31,267 nucleotides of DNA from Eledone cirrhosa (Eukaryota). The stretch spans positions 1 to 31,267 of the forward strand of contig CAXHJY010000260.1 in NCBI GenBank assembly GCA_964016885.1, read 5' to 3'. The notes under the pieces are model-generated. The model was given only the letters and a program-made list of their open reading frames with translations, ran no database searches and was not told the DNA's origin. Below, one piece after another: positions 1-14,300 of this stretch (position 1 is its first letter; each line of letters starts with the position of its first letter). The translations under genes and the position numbers were made by a program.

Positions 1-79
1 ACTGGAGTATACATAATATACAGATGCATTATCGATATTTTCGTAAGTTAATTTCACAATTTTCTTAATTTACGTCTCT

Positions 80-111
<32 letters not shown>

Positions 112-205
112 ATAAAGAATTCATATCTAGTAACGATATATATACATACAGATGCATTATCGATATTTTAGTAAGTTAATTTCATAATTTTCTTATTTTA
201 CGTCT

Positions 206-1355
<1,150 letters not shown>

Positions 1356-1697
1356 GTGTAGGAGGTGAGTTTTATTGTAGTACAATAAAGCAATGCAAAT
1401 ATCGGATAAGAAGCACTCTACAGTTTGTAGGACTGGAGTATACATAATATAAGATCAAAAGATGGTTAAAGGAGTTCCATGTATTTTATTATGCGCATTT
1501 CAAAAACAAACATTATCATGCAATATGTTGATTTAAAACTGCACTATCCACAAGTGTTTTTTAGCCTTCATATCATGTTATATATATATACATATATATA
1601 TATATATGTATATATATACATATATATATAATATATATATATATATATACATATATATATAATATATATATATATATACATATCTATATATATATAC

Positions 1698-1746
<49 letters not shown>

Positions 1747-1839
1747 ATAAAGAATTCATATCTAGTAACATATATATACATACAGATGCATTATCGATAT
1801 TTTCGTAAGTTAATTTCACAATTTTCTTAATTTACGTCT

Positions 1840-1903
<64 letters not shown>

Positions 1904-1996
1904 ATAAAGAATTCATATCTAGTAACATATATATACATACAGATGTATTATCGATATTTTAGTAAGTTAATTTCATAATTTTCTTATTTTACGTCT

Positions 1997-3036
<1,040 letters not shown>

Positions 3037-3123
3037 TGTAGGAGGTGAGTTTTATTGTAGTACAATAAAGCAATGCAAATATCGGATAAGAAGCACTCTA
3101 CAGTTTGTAGGACTGGAGTATAC

Positions 3124-3373
3124 ATAATATAAGATCAAAAGATGGTTAAAGGAGTTCCATGTATTTTATTATGCGCATTTCAAAAACAAACATTATCATG
3201 CAATATGTTGATTTAAAACTGCACTATCCACAAGTGTTTTTTAGCCTTCATATCATGTTCTCAAGGTTTTATGTGATGAAAACACAAATATTATTGCATG
3301 ATAATGTTTGTTTTTGAAATGCGCATAATAAAATACATGGAACTCCTTTAACTATCGTTTGATCTTATATTAT
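3124..3373 (+). mobile_element. 250-bp fold-back element (82-bp inverted arms at 3124-3205 and 3292-3373) carrying a hammerhead motif
   Basis: The arms are near-perfect reverse complements. A second copy lies at 18648-18896 and a truncated copy at 1444-1579. Confidence 0.85.
3267..3333 (+). ncRNA. Hammerhead motif with a C3G core mutation (probably inactive)
   Basis: UUUUAU-GUGAUGA-stem II-GAAA-UGCGCA-UA/AUAAAA. Palindromic helix III AUGCGCAU is intact. Confidence 0.6.
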
Positions 3374-3380
3374 ATATTAC

Positions 3381-3452
3381 GGGGCCGATAAAATAACGTA
3401 CCAGTAATGCACTGGGTAATTGCTGGCCTTGTGCCTAAAGTAGAAACAATTA
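3381..3452 (+). mobile_element. SINE 3' fragment (same family as 25588-25715)
   Basis: ggggccgataaaataacgtaccagtaatgcactggg...gtgcctaaagtagaaacaatt aligns by eye with about 25638-25710. Confidence 0.55.
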
Positions 3453-3471
3453 TATATATATATATATATAC

Positions 3472-3520
<49 letters not shown>

Positions 3521-3539
3521 ATACATATATATATACATT

Positions 3540-3622
<83 letters not shown>

Positions 3623-3625
<3 letters not shown>

Positions 3626-6600
3626 AAAACAAATAACGAAACGAAATTAAATTTCGTTTCGTTTGTAACTCACTTTTGTATGACTGACGCTTAAACAATT
3701 AAGTTAAAGATGTACATCCATATATGTATACTGAAATACTAGTATGTATATGAATACACACACGTATACATATGTAGATGTACCAAGTTTTTTCACTGGT
3801 CATTTTACTGTGAGTGGCCAGCTATTCTGTATGTAAACACACAGACAAGCCGGTTTTTAGAGTCATACTGGTTTTTGAGGAAACACCTTTCCTCTATTCT
3901 CCAGAAAGCCAGACAAGGAATATTGAACTAGTTTCGTTGTTGTTACAACTCATCAGCAATATTTACCTATCTTCCGGCCTCTCTAGAGAATCGTAAAAGC
4001 ACATATCGTTATATGCTTTTTCTATGAAAATTAGTAGTGGGCAGACTAATTTGCATAGAGTGTGAGTAAGTACCGGTTCAACGGAGACGATAAAAACAAA
4101 TAACGAAACGAAATTAAATTTCGTTTCGTTTGTAACTCACTTTTGTATGACTGACGCTTAAACAATTAAGTTAAAGATGTACATCCATATATGTATACTG
4201 AAATACTAGTATGTATATGAATACACACACGTATACATATGTAGATGTACCAAGTTTTTTCACTGGTCATTTTACTGTGAGTGGCCAGCTATTCTGTATG
4301 TAAACACACAGACAAACCGGTTTTTAGAGTCATACTGGTTTTTGAGGAAACACCTTTCCTCTATTCTCCAGAAAGCCAGACAAGGAATATTGAACTAGTT
4401 TCGTTGTTGTTACAACTCATCAGCAATATTTACCTATCTTCCGGCCTCTCTAGAGAATCGTAAAAGCACATATCGTTATATGCTTTTTCTATGAAAATTA
4501 GTAGTGGGCAGACTAATTTGCATAGAGTGTGAGTAAGTACCGGTTCAACGGAGACGATAAAAACAAATAACGAAACGAAATTAAATTTCGTTTCGTTTGT
4601 AACTCACTTTTGTATGACTGACGCTTAAACAATTAAGTTAAAGATGTACATCCATATATGTATACTGAAATACTAGTATGTATATGAATACACACACGTA
4701 TACATATGTAGATGTACCAAGTTTTTTCACTGGTCATTTTACTGTGAGTGGCCAGCTATTCTGTATGTAAACACACAGACAAACCGGTTTTTAGAGTCAT
4801 ACTGGTTTTTTGAGGAAACACCTTTCCTCTATTCTCCAGAAAGCCAGACAAGGAATATTGAACTAGTTTCGTTGTTGTTACAACTCATCAGCAATATTTA
4901 CCTATCTTCCGGCCTCTCTAGAGAATCGTAAAAGCACATATCGTTATATGCTTTTTCTATGAAAATTAGTAGTGGGCAGACTAATTTGCATAGAGTGTGA
5001 GTAAGTACCGGTTCAACGGAGACGATAAAAACAAATAACGAAACGAAATTAAATTTCGTTTCGTTTGTAACTCACTTTTGTATGACTGACGCTTAAACAA
5101 TTAAGTTAAAGATGTACATCCATATATGTATACTGAAATACTAGTATGTATATGAATACACACACGTATACATATGTAGATGTACCAAGTTTTTTCACTG
5201 GTCATTTTACTGTGAGTGGCCAGCTATTCTGTATCTGTATAAACACACAGACAAACCGGTTTTTTAGAGTCATACTGGTTTTTGAGGAAACACCTTTCCT
5301 CTATTCTCCAGAAAGCCAGACAAGGAATATTGAACTAGTTTCGTTGTTGTTACAACTCATCAGCAATATTTACCTATCTTCCGGCCTCTCTAGAGAATCG
5401 TAAAAGCACATATCGTTATATGCTTTTTCTATGAAAATTAGTAGTGGGCAGACTAATTTGCATAGAGTGTGAGTAAGTACCGGTTCAACGGAGACGATAA
5501 AAAACAAATAACGAAACGAAATTAAATTTCGTTTCGTTTGTAACTCACTTTTGTATGACTGACGCTTAAACAATTAAGTTAAAGATGTACATCCATATAT
5601 GTATACTGAAATACTAGTATGTGTATGAATACACACACGTATACATATGTAGATGTACCAAGTTTTTTCACTGGTCATTTTACTGTGAGTGGCCAGCTAT
5701 TCTGTATGTAAACACACAGACAAACCGGTTTTTAGAGTCATACTGGTTTTTGAGGAAACACCTTTCCTCTATTCTCCAGAAAGCCAGACAAGGAATATTG
5801 AACTAGTTTCGTTGTTGTTACAACTCATCAGCAATATTTACCTATCTTCCGGCCTCTCTAGAGAATCGTAAAAGCACATATCGTTATATGCTTTTTCTAT
5901 GAAAATTAGTAGTGGGCAGACTAATTTGCATAGAGTGTGAGTAAGTACCGGTTCAACGGAGACGATAAAAACAAATAACGAAACGAAATTAAATTTCGTT
6001 TCGTTTGTAACTCACTTTTGTATGACTGACGCTTAAACAATTAAGTTAAAGATGTACATCCATATATGTATACTGAAATACTAGTATGTATATGAATACA
6101 CACACGTATACATATGTAGATGTACCAAGTTTTTTCACTGGTCATTTTACTGTGAGTGGCCAGCTATTCTGTATGTAAACACACAGACAAACCGGTTTTT
6201 AGAGTCATACTGGTTTTTGAGGAAACACCTTTCCTCTATTCTCCAGAAAGCCAGACAAGGAATATTGAACTAGTTTCGTTGTTGTTACAACTCATCAGCA
6301 ATATTTACCTATCTTCCGGCCCTCTCTAGAGAATCGTAAAAGCACATATCGTTATATGCTTTTTCTATGAAAATTAGTAGTGGGCAGACTAATTTGCATA
6401 GAGTGTGAGTAAGTACCGGTTCAACGGAGACGATAAAAACAAATAACGAAACGAAATTAAATTTCGTTTCGTTTGTAACTCACTTTTGTATGACTGACGC
6501 TTAAACAATTAAGTTAAAGATGTACATCCATATATGTATACTGAAATACTAGTATGTATATGAATACACACACGTATACATATGTAGATGTACCAAGTTT

Positions 6601-9600
6601 TTTCACTGGTCATTTTACTGTGAGTGGCCAGCTATTCTGTATGTAAACACACAGACAAACCGGTTTTTAGAGTCATACTGGTTTTTTGAGGAAACACCTT
6701 TCCTCTATTCTCCAGAAAGCCAGACAAGGAATATTGAACTAGTTTCGTTGTTGTTACAACTCATCAGCAATATTTACCTATCTTCCGGCCTCTCTAGAGA
6801 ATCGTAAAAGCACATATCGTTATATGCTTTTTCTATGAAAATTAGTAGTGGGCAGACTAATTTGCATAGAGTGTGAGTAAGTACCGGTTCAACGGAGACG
6901 ATAAAAACAAATAACGAAACGAAATTAAATTTCGTTTCGTTTGTAACTCACTTTTGTATGACTGACGCTTAAACAATTAAGTTAAAGATGTACATCCATA
7001 TATGTATACTGAAATACTAGTATGTATATGAATACACACACGTATACATATGTAGATGTACCAAGTTTTTTCACTGGTCATTTTACTGTGAGTGGCCAGC
7101 TATTCTGTATGTAAACACACAGACAAACCGGTTTTTAGAGTCATACTGGTTTTTGAGGAAACACCTTTCCTCTATTCTCCAGAAAGCCAGACAAGGAATA
7201 TTGAACTAGTTTCGTTGTTGTTACAACTCATCAGCAATATTTACCTATCTTCCGGCCTCTCTAGAGAATCGTAAAAGCACATATCGTTATATGCTTTTTC
7301 TATGAAAATTAGTAGTGGGCAGACTAATTTGCATAGAGTGTGAGTAAGTACCGGTTCAACGGAGACGATAAAAACAAATAACGAAACGAAATTAAATTTC
7401 GTTTCGTTTGTAACTCACTTTTGTATGACTGACGCTTAAACAATTAAGTTAAAGATGTACATCCATATATGTATACTGAAATACTAGTATGTATATGAAT
7501 ACACACACGTATACATATGTAGATGTACCAAGTTTTTTCACTGGTCATTTTACTGTGAGTGGCCAGCTATTCTGTATGTAAACACACAGACAAACCGGTT
7601 TTTAGAGTCATACTGGTTTTTGAGGAAACACCTTTCCTCTATTCTCCAGAAAGCCAGACAAGGAATATTGAACTAGTTTCGTTGTTGTTACAACTCATCA
7701 GCAATATTTACCTATCTTCCGGCCTCTCTAGAGAATCGTAAAAGCACATATCGTTATATGCTTTTTCTATGAAAATTAGTAGTGGGCAGACTAATTTGCA
7801 TAGAGTGTGAGTAAGTACCGGTTCAACGGAGACGATAAAAACAAATAACGAAACGAAATTAAATTTCGTTTCGTTTGTAACTCACTTTTGTATGACTGAC
7901 GCTTAAACAATTAAGTTAAAGATGTACATCCATATATGTATACTGAAATACTAGTATGTATATGAATACACACACGTATACATATGTAGATGTACCAAGT
8001 TTTTTCACTGGTCATTTTACTGTGAGTGGCCAGCTATTCTGTATGTAAACACACAGACAAACCGGTTTTTTATTAGAGTCATACTGGTTTTTGAGGAAAC
8101 ACCTTTCCTCTATTCTCCAGAAAGCCAGACAAGGAATATTGAACTAGTTTCGTTGTTGTTACAACTCATCAGCAATATTTACCTATCTTCCGGCCTCTCT
8201 AGAGAATCGTAAAAGCACATATCGTTATATGCTTTTTCTATGAAAATTAGTAGTGGGCAGACTAATTTGCATAGAGTGTGAGTAAGTACCGGTTCAACGG
8301 AGACGATAAAAACAAATAACGAAACGAAATTAAATTTCGTTTCGTTTGTAACTCACTTTTGTATGACTGACGCTTAAACAATTAAGTTAAAGATGTACAT
8401 CCATATATGTATACTGAAATACTAGTATGTATATGAATACACCACACGTATACATATGTAGATGTACCAAGTTTTTTCACTGGTCATTTTACTGTGAGTG
8501 GCCAGCTATTCTGTATGTAAACACACAGACAAACCGGTTTTTAGAGTCATACTGGTTTTTGAGGAAACACCTTTCCTCTATTCTCCAGAAAGCCAGACAA
8601 GGAATATTGAACTAGTTTCGTTGTTGTTACAACTCATCAGCAATATTTACCTATCTTCCGGCCTCTCTAGAGAATCGTAAAAGCACATATCGTTATATGC
8701 TTTTTCTATGAAAATTAGTAGTGGGCAGACTAATTTGCATAGAGTGTGAGTAAGTACCGGTTCAACGGAGACGATAAAAACAAATAACGAAACGAAATTA
8801 AATTTCGTTTCGTTTGTAACTCACTTTTGTATGACTGACGCTTAAACAATTAAGTTAAAGATGTACATCCATATATGTATACTGAAATACTAGTATGTAT
8901 ATGAATACACACACGTATACATATGTAGATGTACCAAGTTTTTTCACTGGTCATTTTACTGTGAGTGGCCAGCTATTCTGTATGTAAACACACAGACAAA
9001 CCGGTTTTTAGAGTCATACTGGTTTTTGAGGAAACACCTTTCCTCTATTCTCCAGAAAGCCAGACAAGGAATATTGAACTAGTTTCGTTGTTGTTACAAC
9101 TCATCAGCAATATTTACCTATCTTCCGGCCTCTCTAGAGAATCGTAAAAGCACATATCGTTATATGCTTTTTCTATGAAAATTAGTAGTGGGCAGACTAA
9201 TTTGCATAGAGTGTGAGTAAGTACCGGTTCAACGGAGACGATAAAAACAAATAACGAAACGAAATTAAATTTCGTTTCGTTTGTAACTCACTTTTGTATG
9301 ACTGACGCTTAAACAATTAAGTTAAAGATGTACATCCATATATGTATACTGAAATACTAGTATGTATATGAATACACACACGTATACATATGTAGATGTA
9401 CCAAGTTTTTTCACTGGTCATTTTACTGTGAGTGGCCAGCTATTCTGTATGTAAACACACAGACAAACCGGTTTTTAGAGTCATACTGGTTTTTGAGGAA
9501 ACACCTTTCCTCTATTCTCCAGAAAGCCAGACAAGGAATATTGAACTAGTTTCGTTGTTGTTACAACTCATCAGCAATATTTACCTATCTTCCGGCCTCT

Positions 9601-11376
9601 CTAGAGAATCGTAAAAGCACATATCGTTATATGCTTTTTCTATGAAAATTAGTAGTGGGCAGACTAATTTGCATAGAGTGTGAGTAAGTACCGGTTCAAC
9701 GGAGACGATAAAAACAAATAACGAAACGAAATTAAATTTCGTTTCGTTTGTAACTCACTTTTGTATGACTGACGCTTAAACAATTAAGTTAAAGATGTAC
9801 ATCCATATATGTATACTGAAATACTAGTATGTATATGAATACACACACGTATACATATGTAGATGTACCAAGTTTTTTCACTGGTCATTTTACTGTGAGT
9901 GGCCAGCTATTCTGTATGTAAACACACAGACAAACCGGTTTTTAGAGTCATACTGGTTTTTGAGGAAACACCTTTCCTCTATTCTCCAGAAAGCCAGACA
10001 AGGAATATTGAACTAGTTTCGTTGTTGTTACAACTCATCAGCAATATTTACCTATCTTCCGGCCTCTCTAGAGAATCGTAAAAGCACATATCGTTATATG
10101 CTTTTTCTATGAAAATTAGTAGTGGGCAGACTAATTTGCATAGAGTGTGAGTAAGTACCGGTTCAACGGAGACGATAAAAACAAATAACGAAACGAAATT
10201 AAATTTCGTTTCGTTTGTAACTCACTTTTGTATGACTGACGCTTAAACAATTAAGTTAAAGATGTACATCCATATATGTATACTGAAATACTAGTATGTA
10301 TATGAATACACACACGTATACATATGTAGATGTACCAAGTTTTTTCACTGGTCATTTTACTGTGAGTGGCCAGCTATTCTGTATGTAAACACACAGACAA
10401 ACCGGTTTTTAGAGTCATACTGGTTTTTGAGGAAACACCTTTCCTCTATTCTCCAGAAAGCCAGACAAGGAATATTGAACTAGTTTCGTTGTTGTTACAA
10501 CTCATCAGCAATATTTACCTATCTTCCGGCCTCTCTAGAGAATCGTAAAAGCACATATCGTTATATGCTTTTTCTATGAAAATTAGTAGTGGGCAGACTA
10601 ATTTGCATAGAGTGTGAGTAAGTACCGGTTCAACGGAGACGATAAAAACAAATAACGAAACGAAATTAAATTTCGTTTCGTTTGTAACTCACTTTTGTAT
10701 GACTGACGCTTAAACAATTAAGTTAAAGATGTACATCCATATATGTATACTGAAATACTAGTATGTATATGAATACACACACGTATACATATGTAGATGT
10801 ACCAAGTTTTTTCACTGGTCATTTTACTGTGAGTGGCCAGCTATTCTGTATGTAAACACACAGACAAACCGGTTTTTAGAGTCATACTGGTTTTTGAGGA
10901 AACACCTTTCCTCTATTCTCCAGAAAGCCAGACAAGGAATATTGAACTAGTTTCGTTGTTGTTACAACTCATCAGCAATATTTACCTATCTTCCGGCCTC
11001 TCTAGAGAATCGTAAAAGCACATATCGTTATATGCTTTTTCTATGAAAATTAGTAGTGGGCAGACTAATTTGCATAGAGTGTGAGTAAGTACCGGTTCAA
11101 CGGAGACGATAAAAACAAATAACGAAACGAAATTAAATTTCGTTTCGTTTGTAACTCACTTTTGTATGACTGACGCTTAAACAATTAAGTTAAAGATGTA
11201 CATCCATATATGTATACTGAAATACTAGTATGTATATGAATACACACACGTATACATATGTAGATGTACCAAGTTTTTTCACTGGTCATTTTACTGTGAG
11301 TGGCCAGCTATTCTGTATGTAAACACACAGACAAACCGGTTTTTAGAGTCATACTGGTTTTTGAGGAAACACCTTT
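3623..11376 (-). repeat. 467-bp tandem array, left block: 16 full units plus a 268-bp partial unit; retrozyme-like, HHR-sense strand is minus
   Basis: The unit start 'ataaaaacaaataacg' recurs at 3623, 4090, 4557 ... 11109 (467-bp period, occasional small indels). Each full unit contains a hammerhead motif on the minus strand. Confidence 0.97.
3919..3963 (-). ncRNA. Minimal type I hammerhead ribozyme of the 467-bp unit (first of 16 minus-strand copies)
   Basis: Reverse complement of the 11665-11709 motif, present once per full unit. Confidence 0.9.
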
Positions 11377-14300
11377 GGTACATCTACATATGTATACGTG
11401 TGTGTATTCATATACATACTAGTATTTCAGTATACATATATGGATGTACATCTTTAACTTAATTGTTTAAGCGTCAGTCATACAAAAGTGAGTTACAAAC
11501 GAAACGAAATTTAATTTCGTTTCGTTATTTGTTTTTATCGTCTCCGTTGAACCGGTACTTACTCACACTCTATGCAAATTAGTCTGCCCACTACTAATTT
11601 TCATAGAAAAAGCATATAACGATATGTGCTTTTACGATTCTCTAGAGAGGCCGGAAGATAGGTAAATATTGCTGATGAGTTGTAACAACAACGAAACTAG
11701 TTCAATATTCCTTGTCTGGCTTTCTGGAGAATAGAGGAAAGGTGTTTCCTCAAAAACCAGTATGACTCTAAAAACCGGTTTGTCTGTGTGTTTACATACA
11801 GAATAGCTGGCCACTCACAGTAAAATGACCAGTGAAAAAACTTGGTACATCTACATATGTATACGTGTGTGTATTCATATACATACTAGTATTTCAGTAT
11901 ACATATATGGATGTACATCTTTAACTTAATTGTTTAAGCGTCAGTCATACAAAAGTGAGTTACAAACGAAACGAAATTTAATTTCGTTTCGTTATTTGTT
12001 TTTATCGTCTCCGTTGAACCGGTACTTACTCACACTCTATGCAAATTAGTCTGCCCACTACTAATTTTCATAGAAAAAGCATATAACGATATGTGCTTTT
12101 ACGATTCTCTAGAGAGGCCGGAAGATAGGTAAATATTGCTGATGAGTTGTAACAACAACGAAACTAGTTCAATATTCCTTGTCTGGCTTTCTGGAGAATA
12201 GAGGAAAGGTGTTTCCTCAAAAACCAGTATGACTCTAAAAACCGGTTTGTCTGTGTGTTTACATACAGAATAGCTGGCCACTCACAGTAAAATGACCAGT
12301 GAAAAAACTTGGTACATCTACATATGTATACGTGTGTGTATTCATATACATACTAGTATTTCAGTATACATATATGGATGTACATCTTTAACTTAATTGT
12401 TTAAGCGTCAGTCATACAAAAGTGAGTTACAAACGAAACGAAATTTAATTTCGTTTCGTTATTTGTTTTTATCGTCTCCGTTGAACCGGTACTTACTCAC
12501 ACTCTATGCAAATTAGTCTGCCCACTACTAATTTTCATAGAAAAAGCATATAACGATATGTGCTTTTACGATTCTCTAGAGAGGCCGGAAGATAGGTAAA
12601 TATTGCTGATGAGTTGTAACAACAACGAAACTAGTTCAATATTCCTTGTCTGGCTTTCTGGAGAATAGAGGAAAGGTGTTTCCTCAAAAACCAGTATGAC
12701 TCTAAAAACCGGTTTGTCTGTGTGTTTACATACAGAATAGCTGGCCACTCACAGTAAAATGACCAGTGAAAAAACTTGGTACATCTACATATGTATACGT
12801 GTGTGTATTCATATACATACTAGTATTTCAGTATACATATATGGATGTACATCTTTAACTTAATTGTTTAAGCGTCAGTCATACAAAAGTGAGTTACAAA
12901 CGAAACGAAATTTAATTTCGTTTCGTTATTTGTTTTTATCGTCTCCGTTGAACCGGTACTTACTCACACTCTATGCAAATCAGTCTGCCCACTACTAATT
13001 TTCATAGAAAAAGCATATAACGATATGTGCTTTTACGATTCTCTAGAGAGGCCGGAAGATAGGTAAATATTGCTGATGAGTTGTAACAACAACGAAACTA
13101 GTTCAATATTCCTTGTCTGGCTTTCTGGAGAATAGAGGAAAGGTGTTTCCTCAAAAACCAGTATGACTCTAAAAACCGGTTTGTCTGTGTGTTTACATAC
13201 AGAATAGCTGGCCACTCACAGTAAAATGACCAGTGAAAAAACTTGGTACATCTACATATGTATACGTGTGTGTATTCATATACATACTAGTATTTCAGTA
13301 TACATATATGGATGTACATCTTTAACTTAATTGTTTAAGCGTCAGTCATACAAAAGTGAGTTACAAACGAAACGAAATTTAATTTCGTTTCGTTATTTGT
13401 TTTTATCGTCTCCGTTGAACCGGTACTTACTCACACTCTATGCAAATTAGTCTGCCCACTACTAATTTTCATAGAAAAAGCATATAACGATATGTGCTTT
13501 TACGATTCTCTAGAGAGGCCGGAAGATAGGTAAATATTGCTGATGAGTTGTAACAACAACGAAACTAGTTCAATATTCCTTGTCTGGCTTTCTGGAGAAT
13601 AGAGGAAAGGTGTTTCCTCAAAAACCAGTATGACTCTAAAAACCGGTTTGTCTGTGTGTTTACATACAGAATAGCTGGCCACTCACAGTAAAATGACCAG
13701 TGAAAAAACTTGGTACATCTACATATGTATACGTGTGTGTATTCATATACATACTAGTATTTCAGTATACATATATGGATGTACATCTTTAACTTAATTG
13801 TTTAAGCGTCAGTCATACAAAAGTGAGTTACAAACGAAACGAAATTTAATTTCGTTTCGTTATTTGTTTTTATCGTCTCCGTTGAACCGGTACTTACTCA
13901 CACTCTATGCAAATTAGTCTGCCCACTACTAATTTTCATAGAAAAAGCATATAACGATATGTGCTTTTACGATTCTCTAGAGAGGCCGGAAGATAGGTAA
14001 ATATTGCTGATGAGTTGTAACAACAACGAAACTAGTTCAATATTCCTTGTCTGGCTTTCTGGAGAATAGAGGAAAGGTGTTTCCTCAAAAACCAGTATGA
14101 CTCTAAAAACCGGTTTGTCTGTGTGTTTACATACAGAATAGCTGGCCACTCACAGTAAAATGACCAGTGAAAAAACTTGGTACATCTACATATGTATACG
14201 TGTGTGTATTCATATACATACTAGTATTTCAGTATACATATATGGATGTACATCTTTAACTTAATTGTTTAAGCGTCAGTCATACAAAAGTGAGTTACAA

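Noticed and set aside
1743-1842. Possible hammerhead in the B unit (minus-strand hairpin followed by gaaa and tatcgata)
   Set aside because: No CUGANGA or UUGANAA core and no stem I.
3124-3373. Classical DNA-transposon MITE
   Set aside because: Not excluded, but there are no recognisable transposon termini or clear TSD, and one arm is part of a hammerhead. Fold-back fits better.
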